The notes: generated from the sequence alone by a model not told the origin. A stretch of DNA of 63,023 bases, filler included, from Octopus bimaculoides (GCF_001194135.2; 7 parts of 7 records of this genome joined end to end with filler, not necessarily neighbours in it), one strand, 5' to 3'. Counted from the whole stretch's first letter, positions 39,154-52,880 are shown. A program made the numbers and translations.

Positions 39154-40680
39154 NNNNNNNNNNNNNNNNNNNNNNNNNNNNNNNNNNNNNNNNNNNNNNN
39201 NNNNNNNNNNNNNNNNNNNNNNNNNNNNNNNNNNNNNNNNNNNNNNNNNNNNNNNNNNNNNNNNNNNNNNNNNNNNNNNNNNNNNNNNNNNNNNNNNNNN
39301 NNNNNNNNNNNNNNNNNNNNNNNNNNNNNNNNNNNNNNNNNNNNNNNNNNNNNNNNNNNNNNNNNNNNNNNNNNNNNNNNNNNNNNNNNNNNNNNNNNNN
39401 NNNNNNNNNNNNNNNNNNNNNNNNNNNNNNNNNNNNNNNNNNNNNNNNNNNNNNNNNNNNNNNNNNNNNNNNNNNNNNNNNNNNNNNNNNNNNNNNNNNN
39501 NNNNNNNNNNNNNNNNNNNNNNNNNNNNNNNNNNNNNNNNNNNNNNNNNNNNNNNNNNNNNNNNNNNNNNNNNNNNNNNNNNNNNNNNNNNNNNNNNNNN
39601 NNNNNNNNNNNNNNNNNNNNNNNNNNNNNNNNNNNNNNNNNNNNNNNNNNNNNNNNNNNNNNNNNNNNNNNNNNNNNNNNNNNNNNNNNNNNNNNNNNNN
39701 NNNNNNNNNNNNNNNNNNNNNNNNNNNNNNNNNNNNNNNNNNNNNNNNNNNNNNNNNNNNNNNNNNNNNNNNNNNNNNNNNNNNNNNNNNNNNNNNNAAT
39801 TTATGATATCACTTTTATATATTCACCGACCGACTCAATCACACTGCATTCTCTATCACCACTACCGCTGCCACCGCCGCCGCTCCCGCCGCCTCCTCCC
39901 TTGCTCCTACCATCGTTCTCGTGCGTGCATCTCTTTATGCTAAATGTACCAACGTTGGGGATGGATGGGGTGGGACGGTAGAGGTGGGAGGGAAGAATTT
40001 TTTTATTTTTCCGTTTCTTTTTTTCGGGATTTTTTTCTTCTTCTTCTTACTTGTTGTATTAAATTACATGCTTTTCTTTCATTTCTGACAGATGAATCAA
40101 CCCATTTGACCCTGAAACTAGCTAAAAGTCTCTCTTGTACTTTTTTTCTTTCTTTCTTTCTTACTTTCTTTCTTTTTTTGTTTTTGTTTTTGTTTTTGTT
40201 TTTTGTTTTCCCCCCTTTTTTCCTTCTGGCTGTTATTGTTGCTGTTGTTGGTGGTAGTGGTGACGGTAGTGGTGGTGGTGGTGGTGGTGGTGTAATCAGT
40301 TATAGTATTACTGATCGTGATAATGATAACAATGGTGATTAGGGGGCGATGGGAGTGAAGTATTGTTGTTGTTGTTGTTATTAATATCATTTGTTATTAT
40401 TAATATTGTCTGCACGAAGAAAGCAATCTTGTTTCAAGAAAATTCTTTTTCACATTACATTCTTTTATTTTTGTTGTTGTTTCTCTTGTTTAACTTGTTG
40501 TTATGGTTTATCTTCCTTCTTACACGCACACCGCATACTTCTGACATACATATATGTTGGTATGTATTTCAGTATGTATGTCCATGCCATCTTTATGTCT
40601 ACCTACCTACCTACCTACCTACCAACTTACCTACCTATCTACATACACACACACGTACATACATAATACATACATATATT

Positions 40681-40750
<70 letters not shown>

Positions 40751-41661
40751 CATATATATATGTATATGTATATGTATGCATGTATGTATTTATATATATA
40801 TATGTATGTATATATCTGTGTATATATATACATATATATATATATATGTGTGTATGTGTGTGTGTGTGTGTTTGTGTTTGCGTGTATGTCCATGCATGTC
40901 TACATGACAATATAATATGGATGGATATGTTTATACATACGTCAACAAAATTTATCAATATCGGTACACATGTTAAGCAGAATAGAAGTTAACTGCAAGT
41001 ATTATTAAATGAAACCTTGTTGGATATATCATCCTTAATTTGGGTGAAAAAGACAAAAGATACTAAACACATGCACACGTGCACACATGCACACAAATGC
41101 ACGTTCACGCAGACCCTCATATACACACGCAAGCATTCATGCAGAACCAACGGTAGTTTTGCTCCTTAAGGAACGCATCAAGCTTGATTTCTTCTCCGAC
41201 CGCACAGATATATACTGAACTAGCGACAGAATCCTTGTGCTCGACCTGTTAAAAATAACAGCCAAATCTCTCTTAAATCACACACGGCTGTCTTGAAATA
41301 CAACATGCTGTGAACAATGTGGTTCATTGTTCGGTGCACATAAAATTCATAATCACTAAATTAAACTAAAAGAGCTGACTTGAAGCTAAATAAGAACAGT
41401 AGCTTACATACAGTGCACAGAACATCGTCCATACTTTCGGGTCCTTTGAATTGCTAACCCTCCATTCAGTTTTCATACCTTAAACATTCGAATATTCATA
41501 TATATTTTATTGAAATGGTGTTCACTTATGAAGAAGAACGATGTCATAAAATGCTCGAGTAATAGTATAGTGTTGACTGCTCTCTTTCTTTTTGTGCCAA
41601 ACCACGCAGTGGGACCGAACCCGGAACCATGTGGTTGGTAAGCAAGCTACTTATCACACAG

Positions 41662-41755
<94 letters not shown>

Positions 41756-41922
41756 TCATTCATTTTTTTTTCTCTCCTTGTTTCTTTCTGTGTTCCTTTC
41801 TGTGGAAGAGCGTAGGCTCGAAACGTTAAAGACTTTTTCACTTCCTGAGCGTTATCCTTATACATCTATTTGTTGCCTACACCACCTGTCTTCGTCTTCT
41901 GTTGTTTTTTTTTGTGAATTCT

Positions 41923-41964
<42 letters not shown>

Positions 41965-42009
41965 NNNNNNNNNNCACACACGCACACACACACATACATT
42001 TATATATAT

Positions 42010-42414
42010 AGGCACAAGCGTGACTGTGTGGTAAGAAGCTTGCTTCCTAACTACATGGTTCCAGGTTCAGTCCCACTACGTGGCACCTTGGACAAGTGGG
42101 TGCTACTTTAGTGTGCGGTCGACCTTTTTTTACCCTCTTAATCTGAGTTAATTTTAACTATTACAATGCTGTTAAAGGATTTCTATAGACGTATAATTTT
42201 TACGGAGGAAACAGCATTCGCATTTTTACAAGAAAACAATCTTTTGGATTCATCACAGGAAGCAGATCCTTGTCATCGATGAGGTATATCATCCTGTAGT
42301 ATAAAGTTCTTATAGTAGAGGTAGATCGCATGCTAAAGTAGTACCGGCAAGTGTCTTCTACTATAGCCTCGGGCCGACTAAAGCCTTGTGAGTNNNNNNN
42401 NNNTGTGCGTGCGT

Positions 42415-42449
<35 letters not shown>

Positions 42450-42665
42450 TGTGTTTGTGTGTTTGTGCTGTGTTTGTCTCCCCACCATCACTTGACAACT
42501 GATGGTGTGTTTACGTTCGCGTAATTTAGCGGTTCAGCAAAAGAGACCGATAGAAAAAGTACTAGGCTTACAAAAAATATGTCCTGGGGTCGATTTGTTC
42601 AACTAAAGGTGGTGCTCTAGCATGGCCGCAGTCAAATTACTGAAACAAGTAAAAACATTAAAAGA
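42010..42665 (+). mobile_element. SINE family A interrupted by the Merlin element
   Basis: Head 42010-42098, body resumes at 42346. Confidence 0.85.
42099..42345 (+). mobile_element. Merlin (IS1595-like) DNA transposon deletion derivative inserted in a SINE
   Basis: Imperfect 26-bp TIRs starting GGT (21/26 match); 8-bp TSD GACAAGTG (42091-98) / GGCAAGTG (42346-53); internal MLLKDFYRRIIFTEETAFAFLQENNLLDSSQEADPCHR* resembles a Merlin N-terminus. Confidence 0.75.
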
Positions 42666-43639
42666 ATAATAGAATACCTATACCTTCTGGAAGTGATTGG
42701 CAATGGTCAAACGTGGAAAGGAATGAACTCCGACAGGTTTAAAAATGTCGAAGAAACGCCATTTGCTATGGCAGCGCTCCTATGACGCCAACAAAGAATT
42801 GAGGTCCAAGGCTTTAATGCGTCCACACCGTTTCTGCCTACTCACTGTTATATTCACAAGGCTTGGTCGGTATGAGCCTATAGTAAAAGACGCCTGACCA
42901 ATATACAACTCGGTGAGATCAAACCCAGAACTCGTTATTGCGAAGAAAGCTTTCATTAGAATTGCGCTCGATGCGTTTTAGGATAGGATGAGGAGAGACA
43001 TAACGGCCTCTAGATACATGAGTAAACCATCTTTGACAAACCAAAGGCTGTCATTGGCAAGGTAGAACACCTGGCTGCCTGTTGGTCTAAAATTACAAAT
43101 GAAACAATGGATGGCAACATCGTAGAGGTGGAGTCGAAAGATTTATTCCACTAATCAACAGCGACATTCATACGCTGCTGGACAGAAAAACTTCTGTGAA
43201 GTCAGCGGTGGTGATCGCCAAGTTACCAAAGTATATTACTGTTTACATTTATAGTCCTAGTAGTCTTAGACACTATAAAGTTGACCCAGTTTTGAACCAA
43301 TAGATTTTTGACTTGAACTAACAGATTTTTATCTCATATCATTCATATGCAAGGCATGCTTTCGACTGTTATATCGGCGGCGACCCAGTTTTCAAAATAT
43401 CAGAGCCAAAATAATAATATAATTCGAGTAAGCTCGATTAAATGATGAAGATCGTAAAATTCCCAAACAAAAATGACAACACTGATTCGAATATGTAAAA
43501 GTGGAACCCCTATAAAAATTAATTCAGTATATTTTGTTGTGTTTGAGGTGAGTCATATTGTCTTAATGCCTTATTTTCTAACACACTCACTGGCTCGATT
43601 TCCACTCATCTATTATTTATATTTTTTCTTCCAAAATTT

Positions 43640-44870
43640 GCGTTGTTTTTGCAACCTAGTCAATGGATGTTGCAAACCAGACACAGAAACGAAGTAATTC
43701 AGTATAGTTAAGAATATATTAATTATTGACCACTTGGTCGATCTCAATCTCTAATAGTTGATCTTTGAAACTAAGCAAATCTACTGTGTCATCAAAAAGA
43801 GTATGAACATAATGGAAGAAATATGCCAGTGACATTTACGTCTAAAATGGAGGCCTAGTGATGAAGAAAATAGAGTTCAGGAAAAGAATAGCTTGATGGT
43901 TAACATAGAAATAAATCTTCCAATAAGTTTTGCTGTAATTTATGACAAAATATTAATTTATATGAGGAATGGAAGGAACAAGCTGCTAAATCTCCAGAAT
44001 TATAGACAAGCAAAGAGTGGTTTGTATAGGTCAAGGGTAGCTTTGTACGACTTAAAGCAAATTGGAGAAATAGCTGGTGCTAATAACGAAGGTGCAACAA
44101 AATTCATTCAAATTTTAACTGACATCGTTGATGTAGGGGTTTATTTAGTACAGCAGGTTTTATAAATGTTAATGCGGGAGCGCGATTTTGGCAGAAAATT
44201 CTTGAAACAACCTATTTATGATTTTAGATATAATTGCACCTAGATATAGCGCATATGAGGACAGATTAATAATACTTGTTGATGGCAATGCAGCGAGTAA
44301 CTTTAGACTAAAAGTAGTACGTCACTATCATTTTAAAAATCTTTTAGCTTTCAAAGGAAATTATGAAGGAATAACACTAGTCTTTTGGAACCGAAAAATA
44401 AAAGCTTGGATTACGACAGTTATGTCTCATATTAGCTAATGCTACTTTTGTAACTAACGTTGAAGAATACTGTACCAGGAATATTTTATCATAGTGTGTT
44501 TAGGTAATTCTCATGGACGTCGTAGAATTTGTTACAGGATATTTTTCGTAAGGTAAAAGAGTTCTGGAATGCTGTTAATGACATTGAGTTTTCTTGGTAA
44601 GAAATTACAGAAACGCCATTTCAAGATTTCTGTAGAAAGTTATGCTCGCATTTAATATCGAAGATTTGCAGTTTACAGGTTACTTTTGAAACTTTCACAC
44701 AGTACGCTGCTTAACTTATAAAGTTGACAATGCAAGTGAACTATTTGTGTCATATCATAAGCCAGAGAAGAACCAAACATTGGTTTGCATGCAACAGGAA
44801 AGTAAAGGTGATGAAAATGACGATGATTATGAGGACAAGGACAACACAGTGGAAAACTAACATCAGAATA
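43640..44870 (+). mobile_element. Tigger/pogo transposase fossil
   Basis: KLSKSTV; GEIAGANNEGATKF...GVYLVQQV; APRYSAYEDRLIILVDGNAASNFRLK...NRKIKAWIT (cf. Tigger1 DRLTLLLGANAAGDFKLK...NNKAWMT); KEFWNAVNDIEFSW; acidic tail; many stops and frameshifts. Confidence 0.8.
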
Positions 44871-44967
44871 AAATGAAGAGGAGTTAAATTTTGTACGTTT
44901 TAAGTTAAATTTTTTGTAGTCTTTAAACCTTATAGTAGAATATTTCCCAAATCTTTTATGTATCATC

Positions 44968-45335
44968 TTTTACATGTCTCAGTCATTAGACTGCGGCCAT
45001 GTTGGGGTGGGGTGGGGGGCACGGCCTTGAAGAATTTTTAATCGAAGGAATCGACTTCAGTACTCATTTTTTTAAAGCTTGATATTTATTCTATCAGTCT
45101 CTTTTGCCGAACCACTAAATTTGCGGGGACGTAAATGTGCCAACATATGTTGTCAAGCGGTTCACACACACACATACGGCTGGCTTTTCCAGTTTCTGTC
45201 AACCCAATTCACTCACAAGGCTTTGGTCAGACCGAGACTATACTAGAAGAAATTTGCCGAAGGTGACACGGAGTGGAACAGACGGAGAACCATGTAGTTA
45301 GAAAGCGAGGTTCTTACCACATAGTCATGTCTGCG
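44968..45335 (-). mobile_element. SINE family A, diverged
   Basis: Homologous to 5352-5748. Confidence 0.8.
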
Positions 45336-45682
45336 TCTATGGAGAACGAAGTTCACAAATGTGTGGGAGCTTTCGATAACGATACAACGAATTACAGTTA
45401 TTAACCAAGAGAAGTGCGGTATTCAGCAAACTTTGATAATGTGTTAAAGAAAGTTTATTCTCAATACATGTATTTATTAATTAATTAAGCTAAATTGTCG
45501 TTAATTTTTCTCTTTTTATGTCATGGGACATGTATTTTATTGGTAATGATTCCAAGGTGTTCGCGGCAAATAAAGATTGATACGAATATATGTGTGTGTA
45601 TATATATAGTTTGTGTGTGTATTTATGTAGAGAGGTTGATAGATAAATAAATTGATAGATAGGCAGACTGACAAACAGAGAT

Positions 45683-45715
<33 letters not shown>

Positions 45716-45722
45716 CACAGAC

Positions 45723-45776
<54 letters not shown>

Positions 45777-46902
45777 CCACTCTGACCCCAGAATATATAC
45801 ACAAACACAAGTACACACCAATATTCACGGAGAAAAATTCCACCTAAGTTATTTTCTTTATAGTCACACACACACACACACACACACACACAAGAACGCA
45901 CACACACAAACGTACACACAGACGTTTACCTATTCAAAAAACGACCGACGACACCATACAACTAAACGCACATACATAAGTAAGCACTCAGATATTTACG
46001 TACACAAATACATATATACCTACCTACCTACCTCCGTCCGACCATTCCTCCATCCATCCATCCATCCATTCATACACACATACATACATACGCACACACA
46101 TACATACTTACATACATACATACATACATACATAGGCATAAGATTAGTTCTCAGACAGATTAAAAGCAGATTTCGAAGAGTGAGAGCATATCCTTGATGA
46201 GGTCGTGAATAGCGACGAAGGGGGTCTGATAGAGGAAAATAAAAACCGATTGATCATTCAAAAAAACCAGTAGAACGTTAGTTGGTAAAATGAAGAAGTG
46301 GTATTGAACCAGTGAGTGTGCTTATTTTACATTTTACTGGTATAATGCCGTCCCAAGACTCAACATTATATACATATGTGTGTGTGTATATATATATATN
46401 NNNNNNNNNNNNNNNNNNNNNNNNNNNNNNNNNNNNNNNNNNNNNNNNNNNNNNNNNNNNNNNNNNNNNNNNNNNNNNNNNNNNNNNNNNNNNNNNNNNN
46501 NNNNNNNNNNNNNNNNNNNNNNNNNNNNNNNNNNNNNNNNNNNNNNNNNNNNNNNNNNNNNNNNNNNNNNNNNNNNNNNNNNNNNNNNNNNNNNNNNNNN
46601 NNNNNNNNNNNNNNNNNNNNNNNNNNNNNNNNNNNNNNNNNNNNNNNNNNNNNNNNNNNNNNNNNNNNNNNNNNNNNNNNNNNNNNNNNNNNNNNNNNNN
46701 NNNNNNNNNNNNNNNNNNNNNNNNNNNNNNNNNNNNNNNNNNNNNNNNNNNNNNNNNNNNNNNNNNNNNNNNNNNNNNNNNNNNNNNNNNNNNNNNNNNN
46801 NNNNNNNNNNNNNNNNNNNNNNNNNNNNNNNNNNNNNNNNNNNNNNNNNNNNNNNNNNNNNNNNNNNNNNNNNNNNNNNNNNNNNNNNNNNNNNNNNNNN
46901 NN

Positions 46903-46943
46903 TTTTGTTTTTAGGCTCAAGCCTTTTCATACACCCCTCGTAT
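46903..46943 (-). mobile_element. Probable Tc1/mariner terminal inverted repeat end
   Basis: Reads TA|CGAGGGGTGTATGAAAAGG on the minus strand, a typical mariner terminus; the rest lies in the N gap. Confidence 0.45.
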
Positions 46944-47658
46944 ATGCATAAATGGGTACAGGACGTCACAAAACGTAAACAACATGAAATATGAACACAA
47001 GCTTTGGTATGCGAATAACGAGAGAAGCATATGGAAAACAAGACAAGTAACATAAAAAACGACCCTTCATCAGTTGTCGGCTGTCCATCAACTCCTCATT
47101 TCGAGCAATTAACGACAATATGAGGCCTCGAAAAGGCAGTTGCTTCCGCGAGCCAAAATGAAATTTGGGATTTGCGGAGGATCAAAGTTGGTAACAGAAA
47201 CAGGACAGTGGACACATGCAACAAACCAAACAAAAACAAACATGGAGGATCGTCAGGCCAGACTAGGTAAGGTAGCGAATGCTGGAGGAATGGAATATTG
47301 ACTTTGACAAGAGAAAAGATAGAAGAGGAGACAGATAAGAATGCGTCTGGTCTGTAAGACAGACTGAAAGAAAAGATGATCACGTGAGGAAAAGAAAGAT
47401 GGATGATGGTCACGTGTGAGCAACGAGAGAGAGTAAAGGAGAAAGAGGGAGAGAGAGAGGGAGAGAGAGAATGGTGAAGGGGAGAAAAAGAGTTCGAGAA
47501 AGGATGAGAAAGAAAAAACGAAAGGGGGAAAAGGGGAGAAAAATCAATTAAAGAAAGGAAGAGAGAGAATGTCTTCGTATTTCATGTTGCTTTCGTATTT
47601 CGCATTTCATGCGTTTGTATTTCATACTGTTTACGTTTGTAACGTCTTGTACCCATAT
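46944..47658. mobile_element. Element with inverted terminal segments, possibly Penelope-related
   Basis: 46951-46991 and 47618-47658 are imperfect reverse complements; minus strand carries CTGATGA at 47067-47073. Confidence 0.45.
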
Positions 47659-48955
47659 NNNNNNNNNNNNNNNNNNNNNNNNNNNNNNNNNNNNNNNNNN
47701 NNNNNNNNNNNNNNNNNNNNNNNNNNNNNNNNNNNNNNNNNNNNNNNNNNNNNNNNNNNNNNNNNNNNNNNNNNNNNNNNNNNNNNNNNNNNNNNNNNNN
47801 NNNNNNNNNNNNNNNNNNNNNNNNNNNNNNNNNNNNNNNNNNNNNNNNNNNNNNNNNNNNNNNNNNNNNNNNNNNNNNNNNNNNNNNNNNNNNNNNNNNN
47901 NNNNNNNNNNNNNNNNNNNNNNNNNNNNNNNNNNNNNNNNNNNNNNNNNNNNNNNNNNNNNNNNNNNNNNNNNNNNNNNNNNNNNNNNNNNNNNNNNNNN
48001 NNNNNNNNNNNNNNNNNNNNNNNNNNNNNNNNNNNNNNNNNNNNNNNNNNNNNNNNNNNNNNNNNNNNNNNNNNNNNNNNNNNNNNNNNNNNNNNNNNNN
48101 NNNNNNNNNNNNNNNNNNNNNNNNNNNNNNNNNNNNNNNNNNNNNNNNNNNNNNNNNNNNNNNNNNNNNNNNNNNNNNNNNNNNNNNNNNNNNNNNNNNN
48201 NNNNNNNNNNNNNNNNNNNNNNNNNNNNNNNNNNNNNNNNNNNNNNNNNNNNNNNNNNNNNNNNNNNNNNNNNNNNNNNNNNNNNNNNNNNNNNNNNNNN
48301 NNNNNNNNNNNNNNNNNNNNNNNNNNNNNNNNNNNNNNNNNNNNNNNNNNNNNNNNNNNNNNNNNNNNNNNNNNNNNNNNNNNNNNNNNNNNNNNNNNNN
48401 NNNNNNNNNNNNNNNNNNNNNNNNNNNNGTAGTAGAATAAAAAATAGAAAATCTTTGGCACAATATTATATATTTGAAAAAATGAATAGAAATGACTGTT
48501 CTGATAATTTTTTCTCGGATGTATGTATGTAGGTGTTTGTGTGATTTTATCTGAGTTCGTCCGTCATTCAGCTTGGTAACCGGTGTTGTTTTGTTCATGT
48601 CCCCGTAGATTAGCTGTTTGGCAAAAACAAAAAAGACCGATAGAGACTTTAAAAGATATATATTGAGCATCGATCTGTTTGACTAAAACGCTTCACGGAC
48701 GGAGCCCCAGTACAACTTCAGTTCAACGACGGAAAGTAGTAAATGCTAAAAGAAGAAAAGAAACAAACTAACGAAAACAAAGGAAGGGAGAAAAACAATG
48801 GCTTACAAAACTTTGCAAGAATCTGATTTTCAATAGATTCAGAGCAATTGTGTCATTGATCGCATCACAGAAGTGCGACAGACATGTCTGAAATTTTGCG
48901 AAAGACAGGACTATACGGATAGTGAATGTAACAATCTTCCCAAAGCAATTATACA

Positions 48956-48989
<34 letters not shown>

Positions 48990-49639
48990 CACGCGTGTGC
49001 ACGCACACACATATAAATGCACATACAAACAGAAACAGATGTACATGATTATATGTGTCCTTTGTAAATATGTTATAAATGTTTAAAAGTCTAGTGAATG
49101 TTATTTTATGAGTGAAGCAGACGTTTAACAGTGCATTTAAGTGGTGGATCAGAATGCTTACACTTCATTAAAACACACAAATGCCAAGTTGACAGAAAGG
49201 CTCCAGAGAATAATACGGATACTTTACAGCAGAAATATGAACCGTGCCAAAACAACAGAAGCCATTCTAGAAGAAATAGAAAATTTTCCTTTAAATAAAC
49301 AAGAAACAGGAAAAGAAAACACGTAGTTGTTAAAACAAAAATCAACATTAACTGTATTTGATCTACAAGAGAAAGTTGGATACATACATACGTACGAATT
49401 TCTACATAGAATCATACAACGTGGAAGGAAACGTAATACCATGATATAAATAAAGGATGTGTCTAGATACTCACTGAAAGTTAAATAAAATATGTTTATG
49501 ATTGACTATGAAGGAATATTACAAGAAATTATTGTTTTGATTGTATTTATTTAAGGTTTTGGTCAGAAGTAAGGTGCTGCGCTATTGGCATTCGCTCTGA
49601 CACTTTAGTGAGATATATGCGGTTGAGTTTTTTTTGTTT

Positions 49640-50250
49640 TCGTTTTTGGAGAACGCAGGAAAGCAATGGACTGGAAGAGACATTCAAGAAATATGGGCCA
49701 TAGTGAGGAGTAAGGGTCCCGAGAGGCGATGCAATGTGAATGACGCAAAGAGGAGACGTCTTAGTTGGAGGGCCTGGGTAAACGGGCTTGAAAAGGAGCC
49801 ACCTTGGAAAAGCAAAGGCCTTGGTGTCCGCTGAAAAAAGACGGTGAGGGGAAATAACAAGTTGATAGATCAGAGATTGGGGTGTATTGCTCCGTAAACT
49901 TATGATGATAAGGTGGATATCATCTTTTAGATGCGGTCTGGAATATTTGTAGGTATATCAACAGTGCCGCCCTAGATGCGAGGGAAATAAACCAACTTGA
50001 CACTCAATGAAACGTTGCAAATGAGGGAAGTCAACCTTATAAAATCTGAAGTCACCAGAAAGGATTGTCAATGTTTGTGATGGTCAGCATTCGTAACTGC
50101 CCCAATATTTCCGTGGGTTCGGCATAGTAGCGAACAAACTAGTCTCAACAATGACTTTTCTCTAACCTCTTTTGACAGTTTTGTTACGGCTGGAAATCAC
50201 TTTGCCGACTGTCGTAGCTGTGTGTTGCGAAATTTGGCCCTTCACGTAGT
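49640..50250 (-). mobile_element. Old CR1/L2-group LINE endonuclease fossil
   Basis: Minus-strand ILSGDF and KLVYFPRI*GGTVDIPTNIPD resemble APE motifs GDFN and QLV-x-FPT...G-x-x-LDL-x-x-TN. Confidence 0.4.
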
Positions 50251-52354
50251 TGAACTACAGGCGATGTTGTTGATATTATTGTTGTTGTACGTTATGTTGT
50301 TAAATTGTTGTCACTGTTCTTGGATAGGATGCTGTTTGTATTTTTACTTTCGGATCTTTTGCATCTGGAGGTGAAGTGCGTTTCAGTTAATTTAGTTGCT
50401 ATTATCGTTGTTGTTGGCGCTGTTCAGGTCTAAGCTGATCAAACAGACCCAATCTTCAATACACTACGCTAAATGAAATTATATATTCAGTAGCCACCTT
50501 TTTTACAAAGAAATGTGGGCCTCCTTCAAATCTATTTTTATAGGAATACTAAAACCGAATTAAACGACAGAAAAATATACATACTCAGATAAAGATAGGA
50601 AATCAGAGAAAAGATTTCTTCATTCTTAATTAATTCAATAACGAAGATACGCAATAAAAAAATGTCAGACTAATACTGAAGAAATGTGATATGAAAAACT
50701 ATCGGAAATAAAAGAACACCTGAAATGAGAAAGGCTCGCTAAATTGCAAAGAATCCGTCAGTATGAAAAGAAACAAAGATTCTTTGACGGAATGTTTGGT
50801 TAGAGGATAAAAACATTGCTATCTTAAATAATATGACACATATCAAAGGCTTTTCTTCTGCCAAACAATGTGCTGCAGCTTTGAAGTAGCTTCGTGCCTT
50901 TTGAATCTTCATACAGACCTCCTGGCAACATGGTATTCCATGTCAGCCACGAGCTCAGTGTCTGCTTGTGCTGAGCCTCAAAGGTGACGACCTGCTCAGG
51001 GTCAATGTTCGCATTGACGTCTTCATTGTGACACTAGTGATGTGTATCCTTAAATACTGAACTGATATGTACTGTATCAACAACTCCACCGGTCAATATT
51101 CTCTGTACTCGTTCTTAAAGAACATGCGCACACTCCAATATGCACTGTGCCATCGACGAAACACATTGTGCTAAAACTTGCGACATTGGGCCCAAAACTA
51201 CCTTTATCTGTTTCTTTCAGAAAAAAAGTAAAAATGGAAGCAATCTACGTTTTAGAGAAACAGAAATAAACCATTTTTCTTTCTTCCCTGTTGCAGGATG
51301 TATTCGTTGGGCAATAAGACACTGCATTGTTTTTTACTTCCCTTTTCCCAGGAATCTACATTTATCGATTTGCTCTCTTTACCAAATCTACTGCCATTGC
51401 GCTAATTAAATTTTGAAATAAAAAAAAAAAATGTTCTTTTTGTTTTTCATTTGTTTAAGAGTAAGTGTCTACTATATCTGCATGCTTAATTGTATTAATT
51501 TTATTCAGTCACTTTTTTTTTATCGCTGTATTATTGCTTTTATCTCCTTTCGTTTGTCACTGGCACTACCACCGCTCGATCTTCTCCAGGAAAACTCATA
51601 GTATATTAATTGTGAACTTGGAATATATATGTATGTATANNNNNNNNNNNNNNNNNNNNNNNNNNNNNNNNNNNNNNNNNNNNTTAATTAATTAANNNNN
51701 NNNNNNNNNNNNNNNNNNNNNNNNNNNNNNNNNNNNNNNAAAATTGATATATGAAAATCCCTTTAAATTAGTTTCGATATTAGATAATAAGTTTAGAATA
51801 TAATCACTTTACAACAATGCCTTTTCTGGACAGCCTTACTAAATGCCTTCAGGTCTGCCCATAGAGACACAGCCAAAAATGATTATATTCTTTCCGCAAT
51901 AAAATTAGATGTGTATATCTGAAGCATATGATACATTTATGAATTAGCCTGATTAAATAATTAAGTAAACAGAAAAAGGATAGCAATTAAAAACAAATTA
52001 GCAAAAAAAGCAAAAAGCAAGTAAGGCTGAAAGAGAAAATTTTAATAATGAAAGTTAAAATTACTTAAGTGAAATATCATATTAAAAATAACTTCATTAC
52101 TTAAACATGAAAGTTTAAAAATACGTTGTAGAATATAAGCACTTTTGACCAATGCCTTTTCTGAACAACCTTACTATATGACTTCAGTACTGCCCATAGA
52201 GACGCAGCCAGAAATGTCTATATTCTTTCAAGGGAATTTGGAGTTTTTAAGAAAATAAAGATGAAATAAAATTATTTTTGATGCAAATTTATTTTCTTGC
52301 AATTATTAATAAATTATATGCATTTTTATACGCAAAACATTATAAATTTTTATA

Positions 52355-52880
52355 GCAAGGGACAACAACTACAACAGTGGGAACAGGCACGCTCTGTCCT
52401 GGAAGGAACTCTGGAGCACTGGCCAGAGAAAATGTCCCTCCCTCCTTCGTGCTGTCACTGACCTTTTGCCAACTACAAATAGCCTTAATATAACGAGTAA
52501 ATAAAACTTTGTACACTGAACGACATTTTGACAGGATACCTCAAGGCACTGAGAGAAGGTCAATTCAAGTGAAGATATGACAAGGCCTTTGCAGAAATTG
52601 ACAAGTCGACTGATCTGCAAAGAATGAAGGCTAATCAACATCACCCCTAAAGGAGAGCAGATTTCTATATTTCTCACCAGATAAAGAATGCTTAGTCAAC
52701 AAGGGCTTTGACAAAGGATGCAATGCGGCCTCATTTCCGCTGAGGTCGGTAACCGCAGATTTTCAGCTAAGGCTGTCGACTATATTCTGCAGAAGATAGG
52801 TCTGAAATACAGGCAACAAAAGAAAGCTATCAAGAAGATAACCACAGCACCTAAAACTAGCTGAAGGTGACTATCTTCAG
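52355..52880 (+). mobile_element. HERO-like RLE non-LTR retrotransposon C-terminal fragment
   Basis: QWEQAR, SWKELWS...LLRAVTDLLPT, LCTLNDILTGYLKALREGQFK*RYDKAFAEI, AEVGNRRFS...KKAIKKIT; internal deletion and frameshifts. Confidence 0.7.

Noticed and set aside
42990-43230. Possible second HERO fragment (NNGWQ, IVEVE)
   Set aside because: Only two short motifs in different frames.
46185-46232. Hammerhead-like TTGATGA-GGTCG..CGAC-GAAG...GTC
   Set aside because: Core mismatches (no C3, GAAG), stem II off register, stem I does not pair.
50640-51130. Possible mariner fossil on the minus strand (DPE-like motif)
   Set aside because: Too degenerate to call without a search.
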